From assembly GCA_024639645.1 (NCBI GenBank), contig JAHEIB010000003.1, forward strand, positions 1 through 43,351: a stretch of 43,351 nt of DNA, read 5' to 3'. The translations under genes and the position numbers were made by a program. Origin of the DNA: Deltaproteobacteria bacterium. GTDB taxonomy: Bacteria > Desulfobacterota > Desulfobacteria > Desulfobacterales > B30-G6. The notes beneath the pieces are model-generated. The model was not told the DNA's origin. It was given only the letters and a program-made list of their open reading frames with translations, and did not search any database. Shown piece by piece: positions 1-13,821 of this stretch (position 1 is its first letter; the number at the start of each line of letters is the position of its first letter).

Positions 1-1462
1 TGAAGTTGTGGGGGTCTGGATAATCGGCGCCCCATCCGATGATGAAAATGGGATAACGGAATTGACGGATGGCCGGCATATAATCTTTCCAATCCACATT
101 GCGAACTTCTATTTGGAATTTCGGATTCAAAGATTCGATATTTTCTTTCAACATCAGGGCCGCGGCTTCCCTCTCTTCCCGGCCGGTGTTGTGGGTGATG
201 ATCATCTTGAAGCCCTTTTCCCAGACCTTGCCTCCCCAGGCTTTTTTCATATACGCCTCAGATTTGTTCAGATCGAAAGCATACATGGGCACATCTTTTT
301 TATATGCCAGCCCCTTGATCAGGGGTGTTCCCGGAAGGGAGCCTAAGCCGTTGAGCACTTCTTTGAGAAAGGTATCTCCGTCATAGGCGTGCATGAAGGC
401 CTTGCGTACGTTGATATCACTGAAAAAATCGGGTGGAATGCCTTCACCATCCAGTTTCCCGCTCCCGATGCTGGGGTTGCCCGTGGGATCGATTTTCTGG
501 CAAAACAACGCGCCGGTAACCGCCAGCTGGGGAAGTTTTGTAATTTTGACGCCTTTCATGCCTTCCACTTCATGCAGAAAGGTCTTGCCCACATGGATAC
601 GGTCAGCATCGCCGGCCTTTAGCATCAACATACGGGTGGCGTGTTCGGGAACATATTTGACAATGGCTGTCTTGATGGTCGCTTTGGGGCCCCAATATCC
701 GTCGAACCTTTCAAAAACAAACTGCTTGGATGTTTCCCAGAGTCTCAGTTTATAGGGCCCGGTTCCATTGGCTATGGCGCGCAGGGGCTCTTTGCCTTCG
801 GCCGGCTTGTTGTATTTGGCGGCGTTGGCAATATTGCCGTCCCAGCATCCATTGGCCATGGCCCATTCCTTGTCAAGGACTGCGGCCGAGGAATAGCAGA
901 GAATACCCAGCAAGGGGGGATACGCTTTGGGCAGGTGAAGAATCACCTTGTCCCCCTTGGCTTCCACGGCTTTGTCAATTTTCTCGAAAATACCAGGAAC
1001 AAACTGGTCGCCATCGCGTGTGGTATCGCTGCCGGTGAGGGCTTCCAGCATCATCCACATGGGTCCACCCGCAGGGTCGCTGATCATGGCCCGCTTAAAA
1101 GAATACGCCACATCATCGGGCGTCAGATCACCACCTTCATGAAATTTTACACCCTTGCGAATGGTAAACGTATAGGTTTTACCATCGGCGGAAATACCGC
1201 CGTTTTCCACAGATGGTACCTGAGTGGCCAGAATGGGTGAGTATTGGTCGGTATATGGATCTTTGAAGAAAATCAGATTTTGATAAATGGTATACAGTTT
1301 GGCAGCGCCGGCATTGTCGTAGACCTTGGCCGGATCCAATGTTTCCACGGACCCGATATCTGCCAGAACAAATGTGTCCGGATTTTTCACCTGGGCATAC
1401 GTGGCTGTGACCCCCATGACAAAAACCAGACAAAGAACCAGGATGAATAATAGTTTTTTCAT
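1..1462 (-). CDS. ABC transporter substrate-binding protein, peptide/nickel family 5 (DppA/OppA-like); 3' end runs off the window
   Basis: Not in the ORF track (no stop in window). Manual translation from ATG 1462, after an AGGAGA SD: MKKLLFILVLCLVFVMGVTATYAQVKNPDTFVLADIGSVETLDPAKVYD...LATQVPSVENGGISADGKTYTFTIRKGVKFHEGGDLTPDDVAYSFKR. Signal peptide plus SBP_bac_5 signature. Confidence 0.9.
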   Translation of the reverse strand, partial: MKKLLFILVLCLVFVMGVTATYAQVKNPDTFVLADIGSVETLDPAKVYDNAGAAKLYTIYQNLIFFKDPYTDQYSPILATQVPSVENGGISADGKTYTFTIRKGVKFHEGGDLTPDDVAYSFKRAMISDPAGGPMWMMLEALTGSDTTRDGDQFVPGIFEKIDKAVEAKGDKVILHLPKAYPPLLGILCYSSAAVLDKEWAMANGCWDGNIANAAKYNKPAEGKEPLRAIANGTGPYKLRLWETSKQFVFERFDGYWGPKATIKTAIVKYVPEHATRMLMLKAGDADRIHVGKTFLHEVEGMKGVKITKLPQLAVTGALFCQKIDPTGNPSIGSGKLDGEGIPPDFFSDINVRKAFMHAYDGDTFLKEVLNGLGSLPGTPLIKGLAYKKDVPMYAFDLNKSEAYMKKAWGGKVWEKGFKMIITHNTGREEREAAALMLKENIESLNPKFQIEVRNVDWKDYMPAIRQFRYPIFIIGWGADYPDPHNF

Positions 1463-1754
1463 AATATCTCCTTTTCTCTTTATGATTTAAAATCACATGG
1501 CCCAGCTATTTTAGGCCGGCTCTTATTTAAATATTTATTAATGTTAAATGTTTGTGTCAACACTAAATCACATTTATGTTGCGAAGTCTACATTTCATCT
1601 GCGAACTGATCATGGATTGACAATGGTGGGTGGTTTTGGATGTGTCGACTGTCCGTATGAAACCGGGAAAGTCTTTTTGTTTAATGGAATGAAATCACGC
1701 CAAAGCCTTTTCGAACGTCAAAAAGGCCTTGTTGGAGCTAAGTATGGCAGGTTA

Positions 1755-1780
1755 CGAGGCGACCACTTGAGGTCGCCTCG
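1755..1780. terminator. Perfect 10-bp hairpin downstream of hsp20, possible terminator or stabiliser
   Basis: CGAGGCGACC-acttga-GGTCGCCTCG; no clear U-tract. Confidence 0.4.
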
Positions 1781-1852
1781 CAGTCGATTCGGTTCTTACT
1801 GTGCATAAGCGAGTGTTCACCCCCACAATTTGCCGTGGGACAGGTTCTGGCA

Positions 1853-2284
1853 TTATTGAACCGTGATCTGTTTGGGTTTGCTATCCACCGGTTTCAGAAT
1901 TTCGATCTTCAGCAGGCCGTCCTTGTAGGTTGCTTTGATATTCTCGGTATCTACATTCGCGGGCAGAGTGAAGCGTCTTTCAAATTTCCCATAAGACCTT
2001 TCCCGCCGGAAATAGTTGTCTTCTTCAATCTTATTGTCCGAGACCCTTTCACCTTTCAAGGTCAAAACCCTGTCTTTGACATCCACTTCGATGCCTTCCT
2101 TGTCCACACCGGGGAGTTCTGCTTTTAGTACGATGTGATCATCCTCGTCATAGATGTCCACTTTTGGATTCCACATCCAAAAAGCATCTTTCCGGTTGAA
2201 GTTTTGTGCTGGCAAGAAAAAATCATCCATGAATCGATTCATCCCAAGCATATCCCGCATAGGGTTCCATCTGATGAGTTCCAT
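1853..2284 (-). CDS. Small heat-shock protein, Hsp20/alpha-crystallin family
   Basis: 143 aa; PKVDIYDE, AELPGV, LTLKGER, RRERSYGKFERRFTLP, ATYKDGLL and C-terminal I-x-V; SD AGGAGGAG. Confidence 0.95.
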   Translation of the reverse strand: MELIRWNPMRDMLGMNRFMDDFFLPAQNFNRKDAFWMWNPKVDIYDEDDHIVLKAELPGVDKEGIEVDVKDRVLTLKGERVSDNKIEEDNYFRRERSYGKFERRFTLPANVDTENIKATYKDGLLKIEILKPVDSKPKQITVQ

Positions 2285-2684
2285 GATTACTCCTCCTGTA
2301 ATAAATTGTTTGTTCTACAAACCGTGTGCTTGGCACGCGGTTCCGAACCTGAACTTGCGGAGACGTGCTGTCTCCTTTGTCTTTCCCCCATTTTGGGAGA
2401 AGTCCAAGCCACCCGTTTCACTGGCGGTAGTTGACTCAACGCCGGAAGCTTCAATTGTCTTCCATTGGTCATTTGAACATAATTTAATTATCATACGGAA
2501 TATGTCAAATTAAATTTCATTACTTTTTATATATAATAGCTATAAAGTAATGAAGGCAAGGGCCACAAGCGGAAAGAAGCACAGGACAACTTGACAAGCA
2601 TGCCGGAAGCGGTATACCGATGCTATGATGAAAGTGATTTTGACCCTATGCTAAAAACTTAATTTACCCTACAGGGAGTAACGA

Positions 2685-4298
2685 ATGACTGATTTTAAAT
2701 TTCAGGAAATGTTTCCGCTGGAGGAAGATACCACCGAATACCGTCTGCTGAGTACAGAGCATATTTCGGTCACCCCTTATGAGGGTGGGGATATTATCAA
2801 CATAGCACCGGAGGCCTTGTCTCTCCTTTCAGAGGAGGCCTTCAGAGACGTTTCCCATCTCATGCGAACAGCGCACCTTAAAAAGGTTTCCGAGATTCTG
2901 GATGATCCTGAGGCATCTGAAAATGACAGGTTTGTGGCGCTGGAATTGTTGCGGAATGCCGTGATTGCAGCTGATGGCGAATTTCCCATGTGTCAGGATA
3001 CCGGCACCGCCATCGTCATGGGGAAAAAGGGCCATCGTGTCATGACCGACGGCTCAGATGAGGCGGCCTTGTCATATGGTGTGTTTAATGCCTACCAGAA
3101 GAACAATTTACGCTACTCCCAGAACGCACCCCTATCCATGTATGAAGAACAAAACACGCTCTGCAATCTCCCGGCCCAGATCGAGTTGTACACCACCAAA
3201 GGGGATTCATACGGGTTTCTGTTCGTGGCCAAGGGGGGCGGGTCTGCCAATAAAACCTACTTGTTCCAGGAGACCAAGGCGCTATTGAATCCGGAGTCAT
3301 TGGTGGCATTTATGAAAACCAAAATGAAGATGCTCGGTACGGCGGCCTGTCCACCCTATCATCTGGCATTTGTCGTGGGGGGCACGTCCGCTGAATTCAA
3401 CCTAAAAACCGTCAAACTTGCAAGTGCCGGGTATTTGGACGGACTTCCGGTAGAGGGAAGTCCTGCCGGGCATGCGTTCAGGGACAGGGAACTCGAGCAT
3501 GAGATCCAGGCTTTATCTAGGGAACTCGGGATAGGGGCACAATTCGGTGGGAAGTATTTTTGCCTGGACACCCGCGTGATCAGGCTGCCACGGCACGGGG
3601 CCTCTTGCCCGGTGGGGATAGGTGTCAGCTGCAGTGCTGACCGCAATATCAAGGCCAAGATATCGCGCGACGGTATATTTCTCGAAAAACTCGAAACTAA
3701 TCCCGCGAGATTTCTTCCGGAAGTGACTTCCACGGGGGAGGCTGCCGTAGCCATCGATCTTAACCTGCCCATGACACAAATTCGAGCTGAATTGAGTCGG
3801 TACCCGGTCAAGCAACCCCTTCTTCTCTCCGGCAAGATCATCGTTGCCAGGGATATTGCCCACGCAAAAATTAAAGAGCATATTGATCAGGGCGGTGAGT
3901 TGCCGCAGTATTTCAAAGATCATATTATTTATTACGCCGGACCGGCCAAGACCCCTGCAGGATATGCATCCGGATCATTTGGTCCAACCACCGCGGCCAG
4001 AATGGATCCCTATGTGCCTGTTTTTCAGAAACTGGGCGGCTCCCTCGTGATGCTGGCAAAAGGAAACCGTTCCAGGGTTGTTACCGACGCATGCCGAGAG
4101 AATGGTGGTTTTTATCTTGGTTCCATAGGTGGACCGGCTGCCAGACTCGGCAGGGACTGCATAACCGCCATGAAGATTCTTGCGTACGAGGAGCTCGGCA
4201 TGGAGGCGATCTTTGAAATTACAGTAAAAGACTTTCCAGCGTTTATCCTGGTGGATGACAAAGGGAATGATTTTTTCCAGTCCCTCCTGAGCGATTAA
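2685..4298 (+). CDS. fumA: Fumarate hydratase class I (Fe-S, fused FumA/FumB type)
   Basis: 537 aa; [36 protein letters not shown] motifs. Confidence 0.93.
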   Translation: MTDFKFQEMFPLEEDTTEYRLLSTEHISVTPYEGGDIINIAPEALSLLSEEAFRDVSHLMRTAHLKKVSEILDDPEASENDRFVALELLRNAVIAADGEFPMCQDTGTAIVMGKKGHRVMTDGSDEAALSYGVFNAYQKNNLRYSQNAPLSMYEEQNTLCNLPAQIELYTTKGDSYGFLFVAKGGGSANKTYLFQETKALLNPESLVAFMKTKMKMLGTAACPPYHLAFVVGGTSAEFNLKTVKLASAGYLDGLPVEGSPAGHAFRDRELEHEIQALSRELGIGAQFGGKYFCLDTRVIRLPRHGASCPVGIGVSCSADRNIKAKISRDGIFLEKLETNPARFLPEVTSTGEAAVAIDLNLPMTQIRAELSRYPVKQPLLLSGKIIVARDIAHAKIKEHIDQGGELPQYFKDHIIYYAGPAKTPAGYASGSFGPTTAARMDPYVPVFQKLGGSLVMLAKGNRSRVVTDACRENGGFYLGSIGGPAARLGRDCITAMKILAYEELGMEAIFEITVKDFPAFILVDDKGNDFFQSLLSD

Positions 4299-4322
4299 AT
4301 CAGTACGATAGCGGTTCTGATA

Positions 4323-4343
4323 AAATCGTAAAACGATTTCTTT
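4323..4343 (+). terminator. Possible intrinsic terminator after fumarase
   Basis: AAATCGT-aaa-ACGATTT followed by CTTT; AT-rich and weak. Confidence 0.35.
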
Positions 4344-4445
4344 GGGTCTTTACAAACCAGAACGATTGGTATAGTCTGAAAAATTCTTTTAACATGGCTA
4401 AAACATGATGACAGATGGGCCAGGTTTGCCTTTCTGGACCAATAA

Positions 4446-8015
<3,570 letters not shown>

Positions 8016-8040
8016 ACGGGAACTGCTTTACGAAAAATAC

Positions 8041-8065
8041 AAAATCCCCCTTTATGGGGGATTTT
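8041..8065. terminator. Bidirectional intrinsic terminator between por and the thioesterase
   Basis: AAAATCCCCC-tttat-GGGGGATTTT, perfect 10-bp stem between convergent genes. Confidence 0.8.
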
Positions 8066-8552
8066 ATATTTGGGATATCAGACAGGTGCTGGTAGCATGG
8101 GCATACAGTTTGTCATTTCCATCGAGAAGACGTCCTTCAACGGTAGCAATCTGTTTCCCGGCATGAATGACCTTTGCCCCGGCTGTTACGGGGCCTGTCC
8201 TGCTTTTTACCGGACGGATAAAATTGACCTTCAATTCCAGGGTGGAGCAGGCTTTGCCTGGGGGCAGAAGGGTCATAACGGCTGCTGTCATGGCTGCATC
8301 CAGTAGCGTGGTGAGCAGACCACCGTGAACGGTTGAGAACGGATTGTAGTGATATTCGGATGGGTTGAGTCCGCAAGCGGCCTGTCCGGCATCGATGCTC
8401 AGGATCTGATATCCCACCAGATGGGCTGCTGGCGGCGGTGCAATACTGCCATCCATTATGGCGCAAAGATAATCCAAACCACTGATGTTTTGCGTGTCTC
8501 TCGAACTGATCTGCGGATCTTCCCACTTTATCGTCCGTGTGCGTTTGGGCAT
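8064..8552 (-). CDS. PaaI family thioesterase (hot-dog fold)
   Basis: HYNPFSTVHGGLLTTLLD and STLELKVNFIRP motifs; start reassigned to ATG 8552 (MPKRTRT) after a CAGGAG SD. Confidence 0.9.
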   Translation of the reverse strand: MPKRTRTIKWEDPQISSRDTQNISGLDYLCAIMDGSIAPPPAAHLVGYQILSIDAGQAACGLNPSEYHYNPFSTVHGGLLTTLLDAAMTAAVMTLLPPGKACSTLELKVNFIRPVKSRTGPVTAGAKVIHAGKQIATVEGRLLDGNDKLYAHATSTCLISQI

Positions 8553-8876
8553 TGTAAGCATCTCCTGTTGCAACGACAATTGTCGCCGGGTTATTCTGAT
8601 ATAAAACCGGCACCTCTGGTGGAGACCCGGAAAGGTTCTACCGATCCGGTGAAAAATAAAAAGGAAAATATCGAATGTCGAACAAGGAATGTGAAATAAT
8701 GAAGTATTGTATAGCATAGATATACCGCTTGTCATAATAATGTTCCGAAAATAGGATGGCGGCATAAGGGTTTGTAGCAGAAAAACGGTCCTCAATCGGA
8801 ACGTTTTTCTGACAACCCCTATAAAATGATCTCATAAAGATAAACCAGCAACATCAAAAGGCACCGTCTGCAATCC

Positions 8877-9521
8877 ATGAAAAACAGACCTTCCCAAGCA
8901 AAGACGCAATGTATCCGCTGTGGTACCTGTTGTAAAAAAGGGGGTCCCTCCTTTCACATCCAAGACCGTCATCTCATCGAGGACGGGACCATTCACACAC
9001 GCTATCTTTACACCATCCGCACGGGCGAATACGTTCATGACAATGTTCAGGGACATCTCAAACCGGCCGATTCAGACATTATCAAGATCAAGGGCAAAAG
9101 CCCTTCATGGGAATGTGTGTTCTTTCAAAAAAGGGATAAGTCCTGCCGTATATATGACCATCGACCCCTTGAGTGCCGCTTGTTGAAATGCTGGGACACA
9201 CAGGATATCGAGGCCGTTTATGAAAAAGGCAGGTTGACGCGCAAGGATATTCTTGCCGGAATAAAGGGCTTGTGGGAACTCGTAGCCGGTCATGAAAAGC
9301 AATGCAGCTATGAAGCGATCTACCGTGCACTCGAGGATGCCGATGGGGTGTCCCAAAAACAGACCCGGGAGTCGATAGCCAATGCCATTCAATATGACAG
9401 GGCCATCCGGCAGTTGGTTCTGGAAAACGGCAATGTCACACCCGATATGATCGATTTCCTGTTTGGGCGGCCCCTCACGGTTACGCTCAAACCCACGGGT
9501 ATCGAAATGGATACCCTATAA
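8877..9521 (+). CDS. YkgJ-family CxxCxxCC cysteine-cluster protein
   Basis: CIRCGTCC ... CVFF...CRIYDHRPLECR motif. Confidence 0.85.
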   Translation: MKNRPSQAKTQCIRCGTCCKKGGPSFHIQDRHLIEDGTIHTRYLYTIRTGEYVHDNVQGHLKPADSDIIKIKGKSPSWECVFFQKRDKSCRIYDHRPLECRLLKCWDTQDIEAVYEKGRLTRKDILAGIKGLWELVAGHEKQCSYEAIYRALEDADGVSQKQTRESIANAIQYDRAIRQLVLENGNVTPDMIDFLFGRPLTVTLKPTGIEMDTL

Positions 9522-9564
9522 GCAGTAAGCGATAAGCCCAAAGCAGCTTAAAGCTTACCGCTTA
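9516..9564. repeat. Inverted array of 7-nt tandem repeats (nnTAAGC then nnGCTTA)
   Basis: ctataag cagtaag cgataag cccaaag cagctta aagctta ccgctta; contains the stop codons of both convergent genes. Confidence 0.8.
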
Positions 9565-10377
9565 TTGCGCATCGCTGTATAATTCCGGTCTTCTGTTGGG
9601 AAGGAAAAAATGCATGCGGTTGCTGCGGATAGTGTCAAAGGTCTCAGCTTTGAGATCCACGAGTATCATTGTCTCCCTGCTGCTGAGACTTTGTCCGATA
9701 ATGTTGCCGGCTGGATCCAATACCACGGCATTTCCAGGAAATGTGAGGCCCTTTCCGTTGTAACCTGTTTGGTTGCATGCAACCACAAAGACGCTGTTGT
9801 CAAAAGCCCTGGCAGTCAGATGGCGCATCCAGGACCGGTGTTTATCTATGGCCAGCCCCCTGGGGGAGGCGTGCGGCATAAAGAGGATTTCAGCGCCCCT
9901 GATGGCCATTTTCGTACTGAGTTCCGGGAAGTGCGTGTCATAGCACAACTGGATACCAAAAGCAGATTCTTTGAACGTAAAAATCGGAATCGTATTTCCC
10001 GGGCTGTAGATCTCTTTTTCGGGGGGTGCGATGTGACTCTTTCGGTATATTTCCATTTTACCATCCGGCATGGCAACCATGTGGGTGGCATAGATTCGGC
10101 CGCTACCTCCCTTTTCCGCCATGCCGGCCAAAACAAGAAGATCATTTAAAACAGCCAGATTGGAAAGTGCTTCACTGACAGGACCTGGAATCGGTTCCGC
10201 AATATCTGGAAGCACTGCATGGTTGCTGTATCCGGTAATACTCAATTCCGGAAAGCAGATTATGTCTGCGGCAGCCTTCCGGGCTTTCTTGACAAAGGTG
10301 GTGATCTTGTCCAGGTTCTGTTGGGTTTCTCCAACCCTGGCATTACAGACCACAACCGCGATGCGAAGATCTTTCAT
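9562..10377 (-). CDS. Nitrilase-superfamily carbon-nitrogen hydrolase
   Basis: FPELSITGY (Glu), YRKSH (Lys), LCYDTHFPE (Cys) catalytic triad motifs. Confidence 0.92.
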   Translation of the reverse strand: MKDLRIAVVVCNARVGETQQNLDKITTFVKKARKAAADIICFPELSITGYSNHAVLPDIAEPIPGPVSEALSNLAVLNDLLVLAGMAEKGGSGRIYATHMVAMPDGKMEIYRKSHIAPPEKEIYSPGNTIPIFTFKESAFGIQLCYDTHFPELSTKMAIRGAEILFMPHASPRGLAIDKHRSWMRHLTARAFDNSVFVVACNQTGYNGKGLTFPGNAVVLDPAGNIIGQSLSSRETMILVDLKAETFDTIRSNRMHFFLPNRRPELYSDAQ

Positions 10378-13241
10378 CCTAGCACTTCCTTGATTTTGAT
10401 AGAAAGATCTTTCATGCCGAATGGTTTTTGCAGAAACCCACGAAAGCCGCTGTCCATAATTTTTTTTCCCTGATCGTCCAGGCTATAGCCACTGGATAAT
10501 ATGGCCTTTATATCCGGATTGATTTTTTTCAAGCGCATGAAAACCTCACCGCCGGTCATGCCGGGCATAATCATATCCAGGATAACCAGGTCAATATTTT
10601 CCTTTTGGGCGGTGTAGGTGTCTACGGCATCTTGGCCGTTGTTAGCCGGCAGGACCTCATATCCCAGGGCTGTAAGCATTTCTGAACCGACCTGTAGCAG
10701 GCTGAACTCGTCATCCACCAGCAGGATGGTTCCCTTGCCTTGGTCTATAGACTCACTGGTTGCCTTGGTAAGGCTTGAAGCTTTGCCTGATGCCGGCAGG
10801 TAGACTCTTACACGGGTGCCTTTTCCTTCCGCCGATTTGACGGTAATATACCCGTTGTAGGACTGGATAATACCGTAAACCGAAGCCAGTCCCAGTCCAG
10901 TACCCTTGCCCATTTTTTTGGTCGTAAACAAGGGGTCGAACATGCGTTTTTGAATTTCAGAACTCATGCCGATGCCTGTGTCCGAAATCTCGATGAGGAT
11001 ATAGGTCCCGGGTTTGGGTCGGAAATCTTCATCAAGAATCTCCTGGGCGGCTATTTGGGCTGTCTTGAGGTCCAACCTGCCGCCATCGGGCATGGCATCG
11101 GCCGCATTCACGAACAGGTTGAACAGAACCTGTTCCAGTTGGGTTCGATCTGCTTCAATGATCAGTTTTTCCTTTGGAAGGTCCAGCTCCAGGGTGATTT
11201 CTTTGCGGGTTCTTCCAAAGGCCTGTGCACTTTCATTTACCACCTTTATCAGATCGAGGGGTTTGACTTCATAGCTTCCTTTTCTGGCATATCCGAGAAA
11301 CTGACTTGTTAATTTAGCGCCACTGTCCACTTGCTGATCGATATTCTGAATTCTGGCCATAATGGGGTGATCGTCATCAAAATCCAGTCTCATCAGGGAT
11401 AGATTGCCTTTGATAACGGCTAGGAGGTTGTTGAAGTCGTGAGCGATGCCGCCTGCAAGGGTACCGATGGCTTCCATTTTCTGCGCTTGAAGCAGTTGGG
11501 TTTCAAGACGTTTGTTCTCGGAAATATCCCTGATAATGAGAAGAAGGCCCATGGGGTTGCCATTGTGGTCATTATAACGGGATACACTGATGAGCACATC
11601 TAGAAGGTGACCTTCCTTGGTGATGCATTTCGATGCAAATCCACGATGGGGCTTGCCGCTTTCGGCAACCTCCCTGATCATTGAATGGCAGGTCTCGTAC
11701 TCGGGCTTGGCTATAAAGGTGAACGGTGAGCTTTCTATTTCCGTGATGGACCACCCGAACACGTTGACGAATTCGGGACTGATATATTTAATGCGTCCGG
11801 CCAAATCGCATGTGGCAATGGCATCCGCTGATGAATGGATCAAGGAACGGTACAATTGTTCGTCCTGTTTGGATTCCTTATAGAGTTTTCTGAATTTGTT
11901 TTCGCTTTCCTGCAGTTTTTTAAAGGAATCGGCATTGGCAATTCCTGCCGCGATCTGCGATGCTATTCCGCTTAGAATACCGGTGTCACTCTTGGTCAGT
12001 GGCTTTTGAGAATTCCAATTATCCACAGCCAGAATACCGAAAGCTTTCTGGTTGTACACGAGGGGGACACAGATAAAGGAGGGGGATGCAATGGTATCGG
12101 CAAAAATTTTGCTGCTCTTGGATAGGTAGGAAAAGATTTCGTCAACATCTTCCACGAGAAACGGTCGCTGCTCTTTTACGGCTTTTACGAAGGGCCCCCT
12201 GGCTTTGGGGTTGTTCAAGTTGAAGCGCGCCTGCTGCAATACCTTCAACTGCTCTTGGGTGTGCCCGTAGCTTGCCACGTATTCCAGGGAGCCGGAATCA
12301 TCTCGTATTGACATGATCATTGCCCTGTCAAAATTTAAGCGTTTTTGCATGATGGGTATGACCCTGTGGATCAAACGATTTACATCCAGGATTGCGGATG
12401 ATTCAGAGGATATCTCCTGGATTACGGACATGTCGTTGTAGCGCGCATTGGCGGCGTTGAGAAGGTCTTTGGCTGAGTCCCCCTGGGAAGTGATGGTCCG
12501 GGCCAACTCTTCGTTTTTTGAATGGATAGTCTTGCAATAGATGATGAGTGTCATCAGACTGGACACCAAAAACAGTATCAATGTGTGGGTCATTGAAAAA
12601 ATCAGACCAGAAACAACGGTCAATAACAGGGTCGCCAAAAGCGCGTATTTGCTGATACGGGTCCAAAATGTCGACTGGGTTGTTTTCCACGATATCATGT
12701 AAATACAGGCATCGTCTCCCCGGTGGTAGCATTCCGGGTGCTCGATTGTGGCGAAATTGTCGGTAAAGAGTTTTGGTAAGGACTCGAGTGTCCCCATACG
12801 GTTGGCGCACTGATACGGTTTTTCCTCTACACCACTGTTGGGGGTGGCTTTGAGTCGTACCAGGTTGGAACGGATACTCTTTGTTTCGATGTGGGCACCA
12901 CGGCTCATGATGCGGTAGAGCTTACCCGTGGCAAGATACACCATGACAGGACTCATGAGACCCAAGGTGTATTCTTTTACAGCACCGATTTTTTTGGAGA
13001 GAATGGTATACCTGCCGGCTTCCCTGGCAAGATCCGGGTTGCCGGTTTTTTCAACCATGATTTCGTGAAGCCGGTCAACCTGGCCCTGGGTCAACCAGTG
13101 GGCATGGTCTTCTATTTCATAGTTTTCAATTCCGGCATATTCAAGAAGGGGTGGAATCTCTATATCAGGGTAATTACTGGAAATATATTCCAGATAGGTA
13201 TTGGAGATACGGCTGTTGTAGAGGGGGGTGTTGTTGCCCAT
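10374..13241 (-). CDS. Hybrid sensor histidine kinase (V4R-like N-terminal domain, 2 TM, GAF, PAS, HisKA, HATPase, REC)
   Basis: H-box GGIAHDFNNLL, NAADAM, GTGLGL, REC LLVDDE...ILDMIMP...QKP. Start reassigned to 13241 (MGNNTP) to avoid overlap with ahbA; ATGA overlap with the nitrilase. Confidence 0.9.
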   Translation of the reverse strand: MGNNTPLYNSRISNTYLEYISSNYPDIEIPPLLEYAGIENYEIEDHAHWLTQGQVDRLHEIMVEKTGNPDLAREAGRYTILSKKIGAVKEYTLGLMSPVMVYLATGKLYRIMSRGAHIETKSIRSNLVRLKATPNSGVEEKPYQCANRMGTLESLPKLFTDNFATIEHPECYHRGDDACIYMISWKTTQSTFWTRISKYALLATLLLTVVSGLIFSMTHTLILFLVSSLMTLIIYCKTIHSKNEELARTITSQGDSAKDLLNAANARYNDMSVIQEISSESSAILDVNRLIHRVIPIMQKRLNFDRAMIMSIRDDSGSLEYVASYGHTQEQLKVLQQARFNLNNPKARGPFVKAVKEQRPFLVEDVDEIFSYLSKSSKIFADTIASPSFICVPLVYNQKAFGILAVDNWNSQKPLTKSDTGILSGIASQIAAGIANADSFKKLQESENKFRKLYKESKQDEQLYRSLIHSSADAIATCDLAGRIKYISPEFVNVFGWSITEIESSPFTFIAKPEYETCHSMIREVAESGKPHRGFASKCITKEGHLLDVLISVSRYNDHNGNPMGLLLIIRDISENKRLETQLLQAQKMEAIGTLAGGIAHDFNNLLAVIKGNLSLMRLDFDDDHPIMARIQNIDQQVDSGAKLTSQFLGYARKGSYEVKPLDLIKVVNESAQAFGRTRKEITLELDLPKEKLIIEADRTQLEQVLFNLFVNAADAMPDGGRLDLKTAQIAAQEILDEDFRPKPGTYILIEISDTGIGMSSEIQKRMFDPLFTTKKMGKGTGLGLASVYGIIQSYNGYITVKSAEGKGTRVRVYLPASGKASSLTKATSESIDQGKGTILLVDDEFSLLQVGSEMLTALGYEVLPANNGQDAVDTYTAQKENIDLVILDMIMPGMTGGEVFMRLKKINPDIKAILSSGYSLDDQGKKIMDSGFRGFLQKPFGMKDLSIKIKEVLG

Positions 13242-13245
13242 TTTC

Positions 13246-13701
13246 CTATAGTTTGAAATGCGCCTTGATCTTAAACACACGTGTTGCCGGTAGATTGAGT
13301 ATCTCTTGAATACCCGTTTCATCGGCAATCCGTTGGAGATTGATTTTGATCTTTTCACGGGAAGACGCGATGAAGGTGAACCAGATATTGAAGTGGTTGT
13401 TGCGCTGGTAGTTATGGGTCACACCAGGGTATTGGTTGACGATTTCAGTGAAGTGCTGGATTTTATCCTGTGGCACGGATGCGGCACAAAGGGTACTGAC
13501 ATAGCCTAACTTTTCCGGGACAAAATTTCCCCCAATCCGGCGTATGAGACCCTGCTTTCGCATTCTGGATACCCGTTCCAGGACATCTGCTTCCTGCAGT
13601 TTGAGACCATCGGCCACTGCCCGGTAAGGGCTATGGGTAATGGGAAAGTCGGATTGTATCCGGTTCAGAATTTTTTTATCAATATCGTCAAATGGTGGCA
13701 T
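13246..13701 (-). CDS. ahbA: Siroheme decarboxylase subunit (AhbA/NirD-like, Lrp/AsnC fold)
   Basis: ILNRIQSDFPI..PY, IRRIGGNF, LGYVSTLCAA, GVTHNYQR, NIWFT motifs. Confidence 0.82.
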   Translation of the reverse strand: MPPFDDIDKKILNRIQSDFPITHSPYRAVADGLKLQEADVLERVSRMRKQGLIRRIGGNFVPEKLGYVSTLCAASVPQDKIQHFTEIVNQYPGVTHNYQRNNHFNIWFTFIASSREKIKINLQRIADETGIQEILNLPATRVFKIKAHFKL

Positions 13702-13766
13702 GTCAGCTGTTCAATCCTTATTGTCAACGCCGCACTATTCTATAGCAAGATGCTGTATCACTATCT

Positions 13767-13821
13767 TTTGAGCCGTAAGCCAAAAGCAGCTTAGGGCTTA
13801 CAGCTTATAGCTTAGAGCTGA
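13767..13821. repeat. Inverted 7-nt repeat array (same family as 9516)
   Basis: tttgagc cgtaagc caaaagc agctta gggctta cagctta tagctta gagctga; overlaps the yjbQ 3' end and stop. Confidence 0.8.

Noticed and set aside
8-1450. Plus-strand ORFs (e.g. 641-1240) and minus ORF 1179-1496
   Set aside because: Shadows or off-frame reads of the minus-strand ABC substrate-binding gene.
2331-2346. sigma54 promoter TGGCACGCGGTTCCG
   Set aside because: No GC at -12, and it is part of a hairpin in the hsp20 leader.
2287-2472. 61-aa ORF upstream of hsp20, and the 70-aa ORF at 39363-39575
   Set aside because: No SD or recognisable motif; the regions are better explained as non-coding.
9516-9564. CRISPR array or IS ends for the short repeats
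   Set aside because: Units are 7-8 nt with no spacers; no cas or transposase gene in the window.
13242-13358. N-terminal extensions in the ORF track (kinase 13358, thioesterase 8795, receiver 38886, miaA 21717)
   Set aside because: They overlap neighbouring genes or promoters; downstream starts fit better, mostly with clearer SD sites.
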